Positions 10,571 through 19,184 of a stretch of DNA of 64,000 bases are shown here, piece by piece. The notes beneath the pieces were generated by a model. The model had not been told where the DNA came from. It saw only the letters and a program-made list of their open reading frames with translations, and did no database searches. The position numbers were made by a program, and so were the translations under genes. Numbering within the stretch: the first letter of the stretch is position 1; each line of letters opens with the position of its first letter. This stretch comes from an uncultured Acidimicrobiales bacterium (GTDB lineage: Bacteria; Actinomycetota; Acidimicrobiia; Acidimicrobiales; SHLQ01): the NCBI GenBank assembly GCA_964390555.1, contig CAYMJU010000086.1:7661-71660 (forward strand), read 5' to 3'.

Positions 10571-10654
10571 CTACGAGCGAAGCGAGCGCAGCCGAAGGAG
10601 CGCAGCTCCTCGGATGCAGATGGGGTCTGGTGGCGCAGCCCCCAGCGACAGATG
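10571..10654 (+). repeat. Double-hairpin interspersed repeat, copy A (shortened, no ATG)
   Basis: CTACGAGCGAAGCGAGCGCAGCCGAAGGAGCGCAGCTCCTCGGATGCAGATGGGGTCTGGTGGCGCAGCCCCCAGCGACAGATG aligns with the copies at 29498, 32364 and 36287. Confidence 0.75.
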
Positions 10655-11589
10655 CCGGCGTTCTCGACGAGCCGGGCCTCACCGTCGCGGTGCCCGTAGG
10701 CCTGTTGGACACGAGCCAGTCGTTCCGGGTCGGTGGATTGTGCGCCGAGCAGGTCGACCGCCTGGTCGCGCTCGGCGGAGCGTGGCCCCCGATCGTGATC
10801 GAACCGGGCCGACGGCGCGTCATCGACGGAGCGCACCGGGTCGCCGCGGCCCGCCGGCTCGGTTATAGCCATGTCCAGGCCGAGCTCTTCCACGGCTCGC
10901 CCGACGAGGCGTTCGTCGAGTTCGTTCGCCGCAACGTGACCCAGGGGCTCGTGCTCTCGTTGGCCGAGCGCAAGCACGCCGCGGTTCGCATACTGCGCAC
11001 GAGCCCGATCTGGTCGGACCGAAGGATCGCCGAGTTGTGCGTCGTGTCCCCGAAGACGGTGGCGCGGCTGCGGTCGGGGGACGGCTCGTGCCCAAGTGAG
11101 GACGCGGCCCACTCCGACGACGAGCGTCGTGTTGGCCGCGACCTCCGGGTTCGGCCGGTGCGACGAGGATCGGTGCGGGCGCTGGTGATCGAAGCGGTAC
11201 GGGCGCAGCCGAAGGCGTCGTTGCGCACCATCGCCGCGTCGGTCGGTGTGTCCCCGGAGACCGTGCGCCTGGTCCGGCGGAACCTTGCGCCCGGCGGGTC
11301 CTTGGTGGACGCCGGGTGCGACCTCGATCCTGCCCCGAGCGTCGACGACGGCTCGCCGACCGACACCGTGACCCCATGGCACTGCGATGCCGCGCTGGCC
11401 TCCAGCGAGCGCGGCGAGGAATTCACCCGGTGGTTCGAGAGCACCCATGTCGACGACACCGACCTGAGCTGGGTCGACGCGGTCCCCTTGGGCCGCGTCT
11501 ACGTGGTCGCCGAGGTCGCTCGCCAGCGGTCCGAGATCTGGCTGCGGATCGCCCGGGCCCTCGAGGCCCGTCCGGCGCGAGCGCGGTGA
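10630..11589 (+). CDS. ParB/sulfiredoxin-domain transcriptional regulator (StrR-like)
   Basis: ParB N-terminal domain pattern: AWPPIVIEPGRRRVIDGAHRVAAARRLGYSHVQAELF. Two HTH-like segments follow: SDRRIAELCVVSPKTVARLR and SLRTIAASVGVSPETVRLVRRNL. The start is uncertain. In-frame candidates are GTG 10630, GTG 10555 and TTG 10552. The ORF-track start at 10393 overlaps TetR-1 and was rejected. Confidence 0.65.
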   Translation: MAQPPATDAGVLDEPGLTVAVPVGLLDTSQSFRVGGLCAEQVDRLVALGGAWPPIVIEPGRRRVIDGAHRVAAARRLGYSHVQAELFHGSPDEAFVEFVRRNVTQGLVLSLAERKHAAVRILRTSPIWSDRRIAELCVVSPKTVARLRSGDGSCPSEDAAHSDDERRVGRDLRVRPVRRGSVRALVIEAVRAQPKASLRTIAASVGVSPETVRLVRRNLAPGGSLVDAGCDLDPAPSVDDGSPTDTVTPWHCDAALASSERGEEFTRWFESTHVDDTDLSWVDAVPLGRVYVVAEVARQRSEIWLRIARALEARPARAR

Positions 11590-11602
11590 CTCTGAGAGCG
11601 CG

Positions 11603-11646
11603 CGCCACTACGTGAACGTTCGACGTCTGATCGGTCCCGCTCGCCT
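11603..11646 (+). promoter_or_regulatory. Conserved 44-bp 5' module, copy X
   Basis: CGCCACTACGTGAACGTTCGACGTCTGATCGGTCCCGCTCGCCT matches 23564-23607 at 41/44 positions. It contains the palindromes GAACGTTC and GACGTC and lies 167 nt upstream of the dienelactone hydrolase start. Confidence 0.5.
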
Positions 11647-11812
11647 GCTAGCGCAGTCGAGAAATGCCACTGTCACATTGGAGAGCTCGTCTTTCGGCTC
11701 GCTCTCTGCGGTTGGTGTCGCCGTTTCCCCGGGCGGAGCGACTAGGAACGAGATCGTTGCGGGGACCGCAAACGCGCCATCCGGCGCGCAACGACGAGAA
11801 AAGGGATCAGGA

Positions 11813-12526
11813 ATGGCACAGACGGTGACAATCGACAGCGCTGGCGGCTCGATGGGGCTGTACGACGCCGAGCCCGACGGCGTGCCGCGGGGCGCGGTGA
11901 TCGTCATCCAGGAGGCGTTCGGTATAACGGACCACATCGAGGACGTCTGCCGGCGGCTCGCCGCCAGCGGGTACCGAGCCGTCGCTCCTCACCTGTTCCA
12001 CCGCAGTGGCGACGCAGTGATCGCCTACGACGACATGGCTTCGGTGATGCCACACATGGGCGCGCTGAGCGCCGACGGCTTGGCATCGGATCTCGCCGCG
12101 TCGATCGCCTACCTCGAAGGGGCCGGTTTCGGTGCCCAGCGGGTGGGGATCGTCGGATTCTGCATGGGCGGAAGCGTCGTTGTCCTCGCCGCCGCCACTC
12201 ACACCTTGGGCGCTGCGGTGACCTTCTACGGCGGTGGGGTGGCGACGGGAAGGTTCGGCTTGCCGCCACTCGTCGAGCTCGCCCCGACACTGAAGACCCC
12301 GTGGCTGGGCGTGTTCGGCGACAAGGACCAGGGCATACCCACCGACCAGGTGGAAACGCTGCGCGATGCGGCGGCCCAGGCCGCGGTGCCCACCGAGGTG
12401 GTCCGATACCCCGACGCCGAGCACGGCTTCCACTGCGATGCCCGCAGCTCCTACCACGAGGCGTCTTCGAAGGACGCGTGGAAGCGGACGCTCGCCTGGC
12501 TCGACGCTCACCTGGCCCCAGGCTGA
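11813..12526 (+). CDS. Dienelactone hydrolase family protein
   Basis: ATG 11813 follows AAAAGGGA. Motifs: VIVIQEAFGITDHIEDVCRRLAASGYRAVAPHLFHR and the nucleophile motif GFCMGG. The upstream in-frame extension from 11612 has low third-position GC and was rejected. Confidence 0.85.
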   Translation: MAQTVTIDSAGGSMGLYDAEPDGVPRGAVIVIQEAFGITDHIEDVCRRLAASGYRAVAPHLFHRSGDAVIAYDDMASVMPHMGALSADGLASDLAASIAYLEGAGFGAQRVGIVGFCMGGSVVVLAAATHTLGAAVTFYGGGVATGRFGLPPLVELAPTLKTPWLGVFGDKDQGIPTDQVETLRDAAAQAAVPTEVVRYPDAEHGFHCDARSSYHEASSKDAWKRTLAWLDAHLAPG

Positions 12527-12548
12527 TCCGACGCCGATCGCCGTGCCC

Positions 12549-13970
12549 ATGATCACCCACCACGAGACGGTCACCGAGGGCCGGATGGTCACCCGCGAGC
12601 TGGCGGAGTGGGTCGCCGGCGTGCGGATCGAGGACCTTCCCGACGACGTGGTCGCCGAAGCCGGCCGGGCTTTCGCGGACTTCCTCGGGGAATGCCTGTT
12701 CGTGGGGGCCACCCAACCCTGGGGACAGAGCATCGCCGCCTTCTGCGCCCACGACGGAGGGGGCCAGCCCGAAGCCACGATCATCGCGACCGGAAAGCGC
12801 ACGCTGGCGTCGCGGGCGGCGTTGGCGAATGGCACGATGGCCCTCGGGTTCGAGTACGCCGACTACGGAGCCGGCAGCCGGCCGTACCCGTTCGCGGTGA
12901 CCGCTCCGCTCGCCGTCGCCGAGTCGTGCCACGCGTCGGGTCGCGACCTGGCGCTGGCGATCGTCATCGGCTACGAGGTCATGGGCAGAGTGTTCCGTGC
13001 CACCTTCGAGCGCGGCAAGACGATCCCGTTCTACGTACCGTCGGTCTACGGAACCCTGGCCGGCGCGGCCGGGTGCGCCCGCCTGCTCGGGTTGTCGCCG
13101 GAGCACACGAACTACGCCCTCGGGCTGGCTGCGGCGTTCACGGGTGGCACGTTTCAGGGGCACGAGGAGGGGGCGTGGCAACGTTCGCTCAACGGGGGCA
13201 TGGCGGGCGAGCGGGCGGTGACGGCGGCCCGGCTCGCCCAAACGGGCTTCCGGGCGACCGAGCTCGGGCTCGAAGGCGTGCAGGGCTTCGCCAAGATGTA
13301 CACCCGGGGGCACCTCGACCCCGCCGCGCTGCTCGACGGGCTCGGCGAGGACTTCATCATCCTGAGTCGTTGGGTGAAGCGGTACCCGATGAACACCACC
13401 CTCCACGCGCCCGTGGAGGCGTTGCTGCAGATCATGAGCGAGCACGGTCTGCGCCACACCGACATCGACCGGATCGACGCCGCCTGGCAGCGCGTCGAGC
13501 CCTTCCTCGCCAAACACGAGGTGTCCACCGTCGTGAGCGCGCAGGCCAGCCTGCCCTTCGCCCTGGCGGTGGCCGCGGTGCGCGGCAAAGTCGGGGTCGA
13601 CGAGTTCACCGACGACACGGTGGCCGATCCGGTGGTCCAGGGCATGATCCCCCGGACCGTCGTGCACCAAGACGACGAGCTCTACACCCGCGTGACCAAC
13701 AGCATGCCCGGGCGCGTGACCGTGCGGACCTTCGACGGGCGCGAGCTCACCGCCGAGGTGCTCTATCCCAAGGGCAACCCGGCGAACCCGCTCACCGACG
13801 ACGAGTTCAAGGCCAAGTTCATGGACATGGCCGCCCGCGTGCTCGGTGAGGCGCAGGCCGAGGAACTGTACGGGCGGGCACTGCGTCTCGACTCCGAGCC
13901 CGACGTGGCCGACCTGGCCCCCCTGTTCAGCCCGGCCCCCATGCCCATTCCAAGTTGTCCGGCGGACTGA
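12549..13970 (+). CDS. MmgE/PrpD family protein (2-methylcitrate dehydratase-like) 1
   Basis: The 473-aa product has an N-terminus typical of the family, LAEWVAGVRIEDLPDDVVAEAGRAFADFLGECL. A paralog lies at 15823. The start is ATG 12549, with GTG 12543 as the alternative. Confidence 0.75.
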   Translation: MITHHETVTEGRMVTRELAEWVAGVRIEDLPDDVVAEAGRAFADFLGECLFVGATQPWGQSIAAFCAHDGGGQPEATIIATGKRTLASRAALANGTMALGFEYADYGAGSRPYPFAVTAPLAVAESCHASGRDLALAIVIGYEVMGRVFRATFERGKTIPFYVPSVYGTLAGAAGCARLLGLSPEHTNYALGLAAAFTGGTFQGHEEGAWQRSLNGGMAGERAVTAARLAQTGFRATELGLEGVQGFAKMYTRGHLDPAALLDGLGEDFIILSRWVKRYPMNTTLHAPVEALLQIMSEHGLRHTDIDRIDAAWQRVEPFLAKHEVSTVVSAQASLPFALAVAAVRGKVGVDEFTDDTVADPVVQGMIPRTVVHQDDELYTRVTNSMPGRVTVRTFDGRELTAEVLYPKGNPANPLTDDEFKAKFMDMAARVLGEAQAEELYGRALRLDSEPDVADLAPLFSPAPMPIPSCPAD

Positions 13971-13989
13971 GAGAGCTGCGAGGCACCCG

Positions 13990-15225
13990 ATGGGCATGAA
14001 CGCGATAGAGAAGATCCTGGCCAACCACTCGGATCAGACGACGGTGGTTCCCGGCGACGTCGTCATGGTGAAGGTCGACGTCACCGTGCAGTTCGACTCG
14101 TCGCGGCCCGACATCTTGCGCATCGCCAACCCCGACAAGCTGGTGCTGCTCCACGACCACGTGGTCCCGGCGCCAACCGTGCAGGCGGCGAACAACGCCA
14201 AGCGGATGCGCGAGTTCGTGGAGCGCTTCGGCATCGAGAACTACTTCCCGGTCGGCAAGCACGGGATCTCCCACGTGCTCGTGGCCGCGGAGGGCTTCGC
14301 CCTCCCCGGGCAGATCCTCGTGAACTCCGACTCCCACACCTGCTCGTCGGGGGCGATGAACTGCCTGGCCCGGGGTATGGGCCCGTCGGAGATGCTGTAC
14401 ATCATCTGCAAGGGCGAGACCTGGTATCTCGTCGGTCCCACCACCAAGGTGGTGCTCGAGGGCAAGCTCGCTCACCGGGTCTACCCGCGCGATGTCATCC
14501 ACCACCTGCCCGGGCAGTACGGCGACTTCGCTGGCCGCAACTTCGAGTGGCACGGCGACGGCCTGGCCGGGATCGACATCGACGGTCGGCTCACCATGGC
14601 GACGATCTCGGCCGAGGCGTCGGTGGAGTTCTCGCTGTTCCCCTACGACGACGTGCTCGCCGAGTACCTGGAGGGTCGGGCCCGGTGGCCGTTCGAACCG
14701 TCCCACCCCGACGCCGACGCGCATTACGACCAGGTCATCACGATCGACCTCTCCCAGCTCGAACCCCAGGTCGTGCTGCCGGGCAAGGTGGCATGGAACA
14801 CCAAGGGTGCCCGCGAGGTGGCCGCCGACAAGATCAAGGTCGACCAGGCCTTCATCGGGTCGTGCGCCAACGGTCGGCTGTCGGATTTCGCGGTGGCCGC
14901 CGAGATCGTGAAGGGCCGGCAGCTCGCGCCGGGCACGAGGATGATCGTCACGCCGGGCAGCCAGGACATCTTGAAAGAGGCGATCCGGGCCGGCTACGTC
15001 GAGACGCTGATGGACGCCGGTGCCGTGGTCACCAACTCGACCTGTGGCGCCTGCTTCGGTGGCCACATGGGCCTGCTGGCCGACGGCGAGGTGTGCATCA
15101 CCGCATCGACCAGGAATTTCCAGGGGCGGATGGGCAGCCCCAAGGCGAGCGTCTACATGGGTTCGCCGGCCACCGTCGCCGCGTCGGCGATCGCCGGCGT
15201 GATCATCGACCCGCGGGATCTCTAG
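13990..15225 (+). CDS. Aconitase-family dehydratase large subunit (LeuC/HacA-like)
   Basis: Cluster-ligand motifs NSDSHTCSSGA, FIGSCANGRLSDF and NSTCGACFGGHMG. At 411 aa it matches the short archaeal-type LeuC size. ATG 13990. Confidence 0.85.
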   Translation: MGMNAIEKILANHSDQTTVVPGDVVMVKVDVTVQFDSSRPDILRIANPDKLVLLHDHVVPAPTVQAANNAKRMREFVERFGIENYFPVGKHGISHVLVAAEGFALPGQILVNSDSHTCSSGAMNCLARGMGPSEMLYIICKGETWYLVGPTTKVVLEGKLAHRVYPRDVIHHLPGQYGDFAGRNFEWHGDGLAGIDIDGRLTMATISAEASVEFSLFPYDDVLAEYLEGRARWPFEPSHPDADAHYDQVITIDLSQLEPQVVLPGKVAWNTKGAREVAADKIKVDQAFIGSCANGRLSDFAVAAEIVKGRQLAPGTRMIVTPGSQDILKEAIRAGYVETLMDAGAVVTNSTCGACFGGHMGLLADGEVCITASTRNFQGRMGSPKASVYMGSPATVAASAIAGVIIDPRDL

Positions 15226-15288
15226 GTGCCACCCATGCCCGAGCGGGAAACGGGGGTTCAGCCCCCGAGAAGAACCAGGGAGCGCGCG

Positions 15289-15792
15289 ATGGCCACCACG
15301 TTCACGGGCAAGGTGTGGAAGTTCGGCGACGACATCAACACCGATCTCGTCATCCCGAACTTCGCCGTGCTCATGCCGATCGAGGAGCAGTTGCAGCACT
15401 GCTTCTCGGCCAACCGTCCGGGGTGGGTCGACGAGATCACCGTCGGCGACGTGATGGTCGTGGGTCGGAATTTCGGGGTCGGGTCGGCCCGCAACATCGG
15501 GGCGGTGTTCCACGGGCTCGGGATCGCGGGCGTGGTCGCCGAGTCGTTCAACGGGCTGGGCCTGCGCAACTGCATCAACTCGGCCCTTCCTTCGCTGCCG
15601 TGCCCCGGCGTGCTGGACATGTTCGACGAGGGCCACGTAGCCGAGGTCGACTGGACCATCGGCGAGGTACGCAACGTGACGACCGGGGCGACCGCCCGGG
15701 GTCTGCCGATCCCACCGCAGCTGCAGGCGATCATCCACGGCGGCGGGGTCGAGGGCGTTCTACGCACCCAGGGCTACCTCGCACCCCGATGA
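15289..15792 (+). CDS. Aconitase-family dehydratase small subunit (LeuD-like)
   Basis: ATG 15289 follows AGGGAG. Motifs: KFGDDINTDLVIP and GRNFGVGSARN (the LeuD G-x-NFG-x-GSSRE pattern). Confidence 0.85.
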   Translation: MATTFTGKVWKFGDDINTDLVIPNFAVLMPIEEQLQHCFSANRPGWVDEITVGDVMVVGRNFGVGSARNIGAVFHGLGIAGVVAESFNGLGLRNCINSALPSLPCPGVLDMFDEGHVAEVDWTIGEVRNVTTGATARGLPIPPQLQAIIHGGGVEGVLRTQGYLAPR

Positions 15793-15822
15793 GGCTTACG
15801 ACGATGAGCGAGGTGGCCACGC

Positions 15823-17196
15823 ATGGCTGATCAACCGGAACGGTCCGTGACCGAGCAGATGGCCACCTGGATCGTCGAGGTCGACGCGGCCGACCTCCCA
15901 CCGGTCGCTGCCGAACGCGTCGCCAACCTGGTCCTCGACTCGATCGGCAACCAGTTCGCCGGGATGTCGGTGTCGACCGGGCGGCTCCTGTCGGAGTGGG
16001 TTCGGGCCCAGCGGGCGGCGCCGGAGTGCACCGTCACCGCGTGCGATTTCAAGACCACGCCGTCGTTCGCCGCGCTCGTCAACGGTGCGGCGTCGCACGC
16101 CCTCGAGAACGACGACATCGCCACGTTCAGCAGCCATCCGAACAGCCCCCTCACCGCGGCCTCGCTGGCGCTCGGGGAGAAGCTCGGCGCGTCCGGCGCC
16201 GACGTCGTGTTGGCCTGGGTGATCGGCTGGGAGGTCACCGCCCAGACGATGAAGGTCTGTCTCGGCCCGCGCGGCAACGAGCTCATCAACCGGGGTTGGT
16301 TCAACCAGGGCTTCCAGGAGACGCTCGGCGTGGCCGCGCTCGCCTCCCGCCTCTTGCACCTCGACGTCGACCAGACGCGCATGGCGCTCGGGCACGCCGC
16401 GTCGGCCATGGCGGGGATGATGAAGAACCGAGGCACCGACACCAAGGGCTTCACGGCCGGCAGCGCGGCCATGCACGGCGTCATCGCCGGCGAGCTGGCG
16501 TCGTGCGGTTTCACGGCCAACCGCGACATCCTCGACGGCGAGCTCGGTGTGGCGAGGCTGCTCGGCCTCGACTCCGGCGACCCGCAGAAGATGCTCGACG
16601 GTCTCGGTTCCTGGGACCTCGCCACCCGGGGCTCGACGATCCGCCTCCACGCCTGCTGCGGGGCCTCCCACTGGAGCATGGACGCCATGCAGGACATCGT
16701 GCGCCGCTCGTCGCTGGTAGCCGCCGACATCGCGTCGATCGAGGTCGAGATCCCCGAGTTCCTCACCGACATGGTCCCGTTCCACGAGCCCCGTACCGGC
16801 TTGGAGGGGAAGTACAGCCTCGAGTACAGCCTGGCCACGGTGGCCCTCGACGGCCGGGCAGGAATCCACCAGTTCAGCGACGCCGCGGTGAGCCGGCCGG
16901 CGGCCCGGGACCTCGTGAGCCGGGTGCGCACCGTGCCCGTGAACGGGCCGCTCGAGAGCAAGGTGGTGGTCACGCTGCGCAACGGCGAACGCCTGGAGAG
17001 CAGCGCCAACCGGGCCCACGGTCATCCCATGGATCCGCTCAGCCCCGGCGAGATCGTCGCCAAGTTCGCCGAGTGCGCCGCTACGTCGGCCACCCCGGCC
17101 CAGCGCGACCAGGTGATCGATCTCTGCTCGCGGCTGGGGTCGCTCGACGACATCGGCGAGCTGACCCGGGTGATCGGAGCCGCCGGTGCCTCATGA
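15823..17196 (+). CDS. MmgE/PrpD family protein 2
   Basis: 457-aa paralog of 12549-13970. N-terminus: MATWIVEVDAADLPPVAAERVANLVLDSIGNQFAG. Confidence 0.75.
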   Translation: MADQPERSVTEQMATWIVEVDAADLPPVAAERVANLVLDSIGNQFAGMSVSTGRLLSEWVRAQRAAPECTVTACDFKTTPSFAALVNGAASHALENDDIATFSSHPNSPLTAASLALGEKLGASGADVVLAWVIGWEVTAQTMKVCLGPRGNELINRGWFNQGFQETLGVAALASRLLHLDVDQTRMALGHAASAMAGMMKNRGTDTKGFTAGSAAMHGVIAGELASCGFTANRDILDGELGVARLLGLDSGDPQKMLDGLGSWDLATRGSTIRLHACCGASHWSMDAMQDIVRRSSLVAADIASIEVEIPEFLTDMVPFHEPRTGLEGKYSLEYSLATVALDGRAGIHQFSDAAVSRPAARDLVSRVRTVPVNGPLESKVVVTLRNGERLESSANRAHGHPMDPLSPGEIVAKFAECAATSATPAQRDQVIDLCSRLGSLDDIGELTRVIGAAGAS

Positions 17197-18847
17197 CGTG
17201 GTGATCACCGGTGGGCGGATCGTCGACGGTACGGGGCGGGCCGCGTTCGCCGCCGACATCGCCATCGACGCCGGCCGCATCTCGGCGATCGGCGCGGTGA
17301 GCGGCGACGCCCGGCGCACGGTCGACGCCACGGATCACGTCGTGGCCCCGGGTTTCATCGACGCCCACACCCACTACGACGCCCAGCTCCTGTGGGACCC
17401 GACGGCCAACCCGTCGACCGCTCACGGCATCACCACGATCCTCACCGGGAACTGCGGCTACACCCTCGCCCCGGTCCGACCCGACGATCAGGACTACCTG
17501 ATGGGGTTGTTCGCGGCGGCCGAGGAGGTCCCCAAGGCGGCGTTGCAGCAGTTCGCCCCGCTGGGCTGGGAGACCTTCGGCGAGTACCTCGATGCCATGA
17601 GCGGGCGGCTCGGGCTCAACGTCGTGACCCAGGTCGGGCACAGCGCCGTGCGCCGGTACGTGATGGGTGACGCCGCCCTCGAACGACCCGCCACCGTCGA
17701 CGAGATCGCCGCCATGGTCCGCCTCGCCGAGGAGGCGATGGCCGCGGGCGCCGCCGGCGTGAGCAGCAGCCAGGCGTCGCACCAGCGAGGCGAGCGGGGC
17801 GAGCACATCCCGTCGTACTTCGCCGACGGCGCCGAGACCCGCGCTCTCGCCGAGGCGGTGCGGCGCCAGGGCAAGCGGTTGGTGTCGATCAACCCGGCCA
17901 GCAAGCGCAGTGGCATCACCGCGGAGGACCGGGCGCTGCTGGTCGCCTTGGCCGAGCTCTCCGGCGGCGTCGTGTCGTGGAACGACTTCGGCATGGGCAC
18001 GCCAGACGGCGACAGCATGCTCGAGTTCATGGAGGCCGAGCTCGAACGCGGCCGCGAGATCGTGGCCGTGGCGCGCTGCCAGCGCCCCGAGACGCGGTTC
18101 ACCCTGAAGAAGCTTTCGGCGGTGTTCGCCACATCCGAGGCGTGGGTCGACCTGTCGCGGTTGGACCCGGCCGACAAGCTCGCCGCTCTCGCCGACCCCA
18201 CCTGGCGGGCCAGCCTCGCCGCGTTCTGGTCTACCGCGGCGTTCATGGTGAACGCGGCGGTCGAGAGGGCCGGGAGCCCTGCCACGTCGGCGCTGGAAGG
18301 ACGCCTCCTCGTCGACATCGCGGCCGAGCGCGGCGTGAGCCCCGCCGAGGTCATGTTCGACGTGGCGATCGCCGACGGGCTCGAGACGTTCTTCCGCATC
18401 ACCGGACCGGTCGACATCGACGAGAGTCGCCTCGAACGTATTCTGAAGAGCCCGGCGACGCTGGTCGGGATCTCCGACGGCGGCGCCCACCTGCAGACCT
18501 TCGCCGGCGGCGACTACACCAGCTACTTCCTGGCCCACTGGGTCCGACGCAAGGGCGCTTTCACGCTCGAAGAAGGCGTTGCGGCGCTCACGTCGCGGGT
18601 CGCGGGGTTCCTCGGCCTCGCGGATCGCGGCACCATCGAGGTGGGCCGAGCTGCCGACGTGGTCGTGTTCGACCCCGTCACCATCGAGCCCCTGTCGTTG
18701 CAGACCCTCGACGACATCCCTGGAGGCGGCACCCGCATGACCAAGAACGCCCGCGGGATCCCGTGGGTCCTGGTGAACGGCGTGCCGGTTGTCGAGGCGG
18801 GCGTGGCCACGGCCGCCCGGCCCGGAGCCGTCCTCGGTCGCGGGTGA
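17186..18847 (+). CDS. Metal-dependent amidohydrolase (N-acyl-D-amino-acid deacylase/D-aminoacylase family)
   Basis: GTG 17186 overlaps the upstream gene end. N-terminus: VVITGGRIVDGTGRAAFAADIAIDAGRISAIG...APGFIDAHTHYDAQLLWDP (HxH metal motif). Confidence 0.85.
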   Translation: MPHDVVITGGRIVDGTGRAAFAADIAIDAGRISAIGAVSGDARRTVDATDHVVAPGFIDAHTHYDAQLLWDPTANPSTAHGITTILTGNCGYTLAPVRPDDQDYLMGLFAAAEEVPKAALQQFAPLGWETFGEYLDAMSGRLGLNVVTQVGHSAVRRYVMGDAALERPATVDEIAAMVRLAEEAMAAGAAGVSSSQASHQRGERGEHIPSYFADGAETRALAEAVRRQGKRLVSINPASKRSGITAEDRALLVALAELSGGVVSWNDFGMGTPDGDSMLEFMEAELERGREIVAVARCQRPETRFTLKKLSAVFATSEAWVDLSRLDPADKLAALADPTWRASLAAFWSTAAFMVNAAVERAGSPATSALEGRLLVDIAAERGVSPAEVMFDVAIADGLETFFRITGPVDIDESRLERILKSPATLVGISDGGAHLQTFAGGDYTSYFLAHWVRRKGAFTLEEGVAALTSRVAGFLGLADRGTIEVGRAADVVVFDPVTIEPLSLQTLDDIPGGGTRMTKNARGIPWVLVNGVPVVEAGVATAARPGAVLGRG

Positions 18848-18860
18848 GCCGAGTCGCCGG

Positions 18861-19181
18861 ATGGGGTTCACACGGGTGTGTCTCGAAGCCGACCTCGAAC
18901 CGGGCGACATGACGGCGTTCTTCGTCGACGACGTCGAGGTCCTCGTGGTGCGCGACAGACACGGCGTGCTCCACGCCATGGACGGCATCTGTCCCCACGA
19001 GGAATACCCCCTCGCCTACGGGCTGTTCGACGGTTCGGTGATCACGTGCGCGAACCACATGTGGTCCTTCGATGCCACCACCGGGCGGGGCATCAACCCA
19101 CCGAACTGTCACCTGTCGCGCTTCGCCATCAAGGTCGACGACGGCGAGGTGCTCGTCGACCCCGGCGCCGAGCCGGCGTGA
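18861..19181 (+). CDS. Rieske [2Fe-2S] ferredoxin
   Basis: CPHEEYPL...(17 aa)...CANHMW gives CxH-N17-CxxH. The product is 106 aa from ATG 18861. Confidence 0.85.
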   Translation: MGFTRVCLEADLEPGDMTAFFVDDVEVLVVRDRHGVLHAMDGICPHEEYPLAYGLFDGSVITCANHMWSFDATTGRGINPPNCHLSRFAIKVDDGEVLVDPGAEPA

Positions 19182-19184
19182 CAG

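Noticed and set aside
11612-11632. Similarity of GTGAACGTTCGAC to the KstR operator (TnnAACnnGTTnnA) of steroid regulons.
   Set aside because: Here AAC and GTT are directly adjacent (GAACGTTC), without the 2-nt spacer, and the flanking T/A positions do not fit. The resemblance is too loose to call a KstR box.
11612-11812. GTG 11612 is in frame with the dienelactone hydrolase, giving a 67-codon N-terminal extension beginning MNVRRLIG that looks faintly signal-peptide-like.
   Set aside because: Third-position GC in the extension is only moderate (about 60 percent by eye, against more than 90 percent in the gene). There is no hydrophobic core. A good SD and ATG exist at 11813. The conserved part is better explained as a non-coding module shared with 23564.
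11904-14024. Very long antisense or overlapping ORFs in the track. Examples: 11904-14024 (-) 706 aa, 13927-15738 (-) 603 aa, 17081-18988 (-) 635 aa, 43478-45607 (-) 709 aa, 45030-47111 (-) 693 aa, 308-1246 (-) and 1153-2547 (-).
   Set aside because: Their translations are Arg/Pro/Gly/Ala-rich low-complexity strings with no recognisable motifs. Each lies opposite a gene with clear family motifs and strongly GC-rich third positions. Stop-poor shadow frames are expected in GC-rich DNA.
15251-15267. A small hairpin CGGGGG-TTCAG-CCCCCG between the LeuC-like and LeuD-like genes, possibly a fragment of the double-hairpin repeat.
   Set aside because: It is only a 6-bp G/C stem. Its flanks show no similarity to the repeat consensus. 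Such stems are common by chance in GC-rich DNA.
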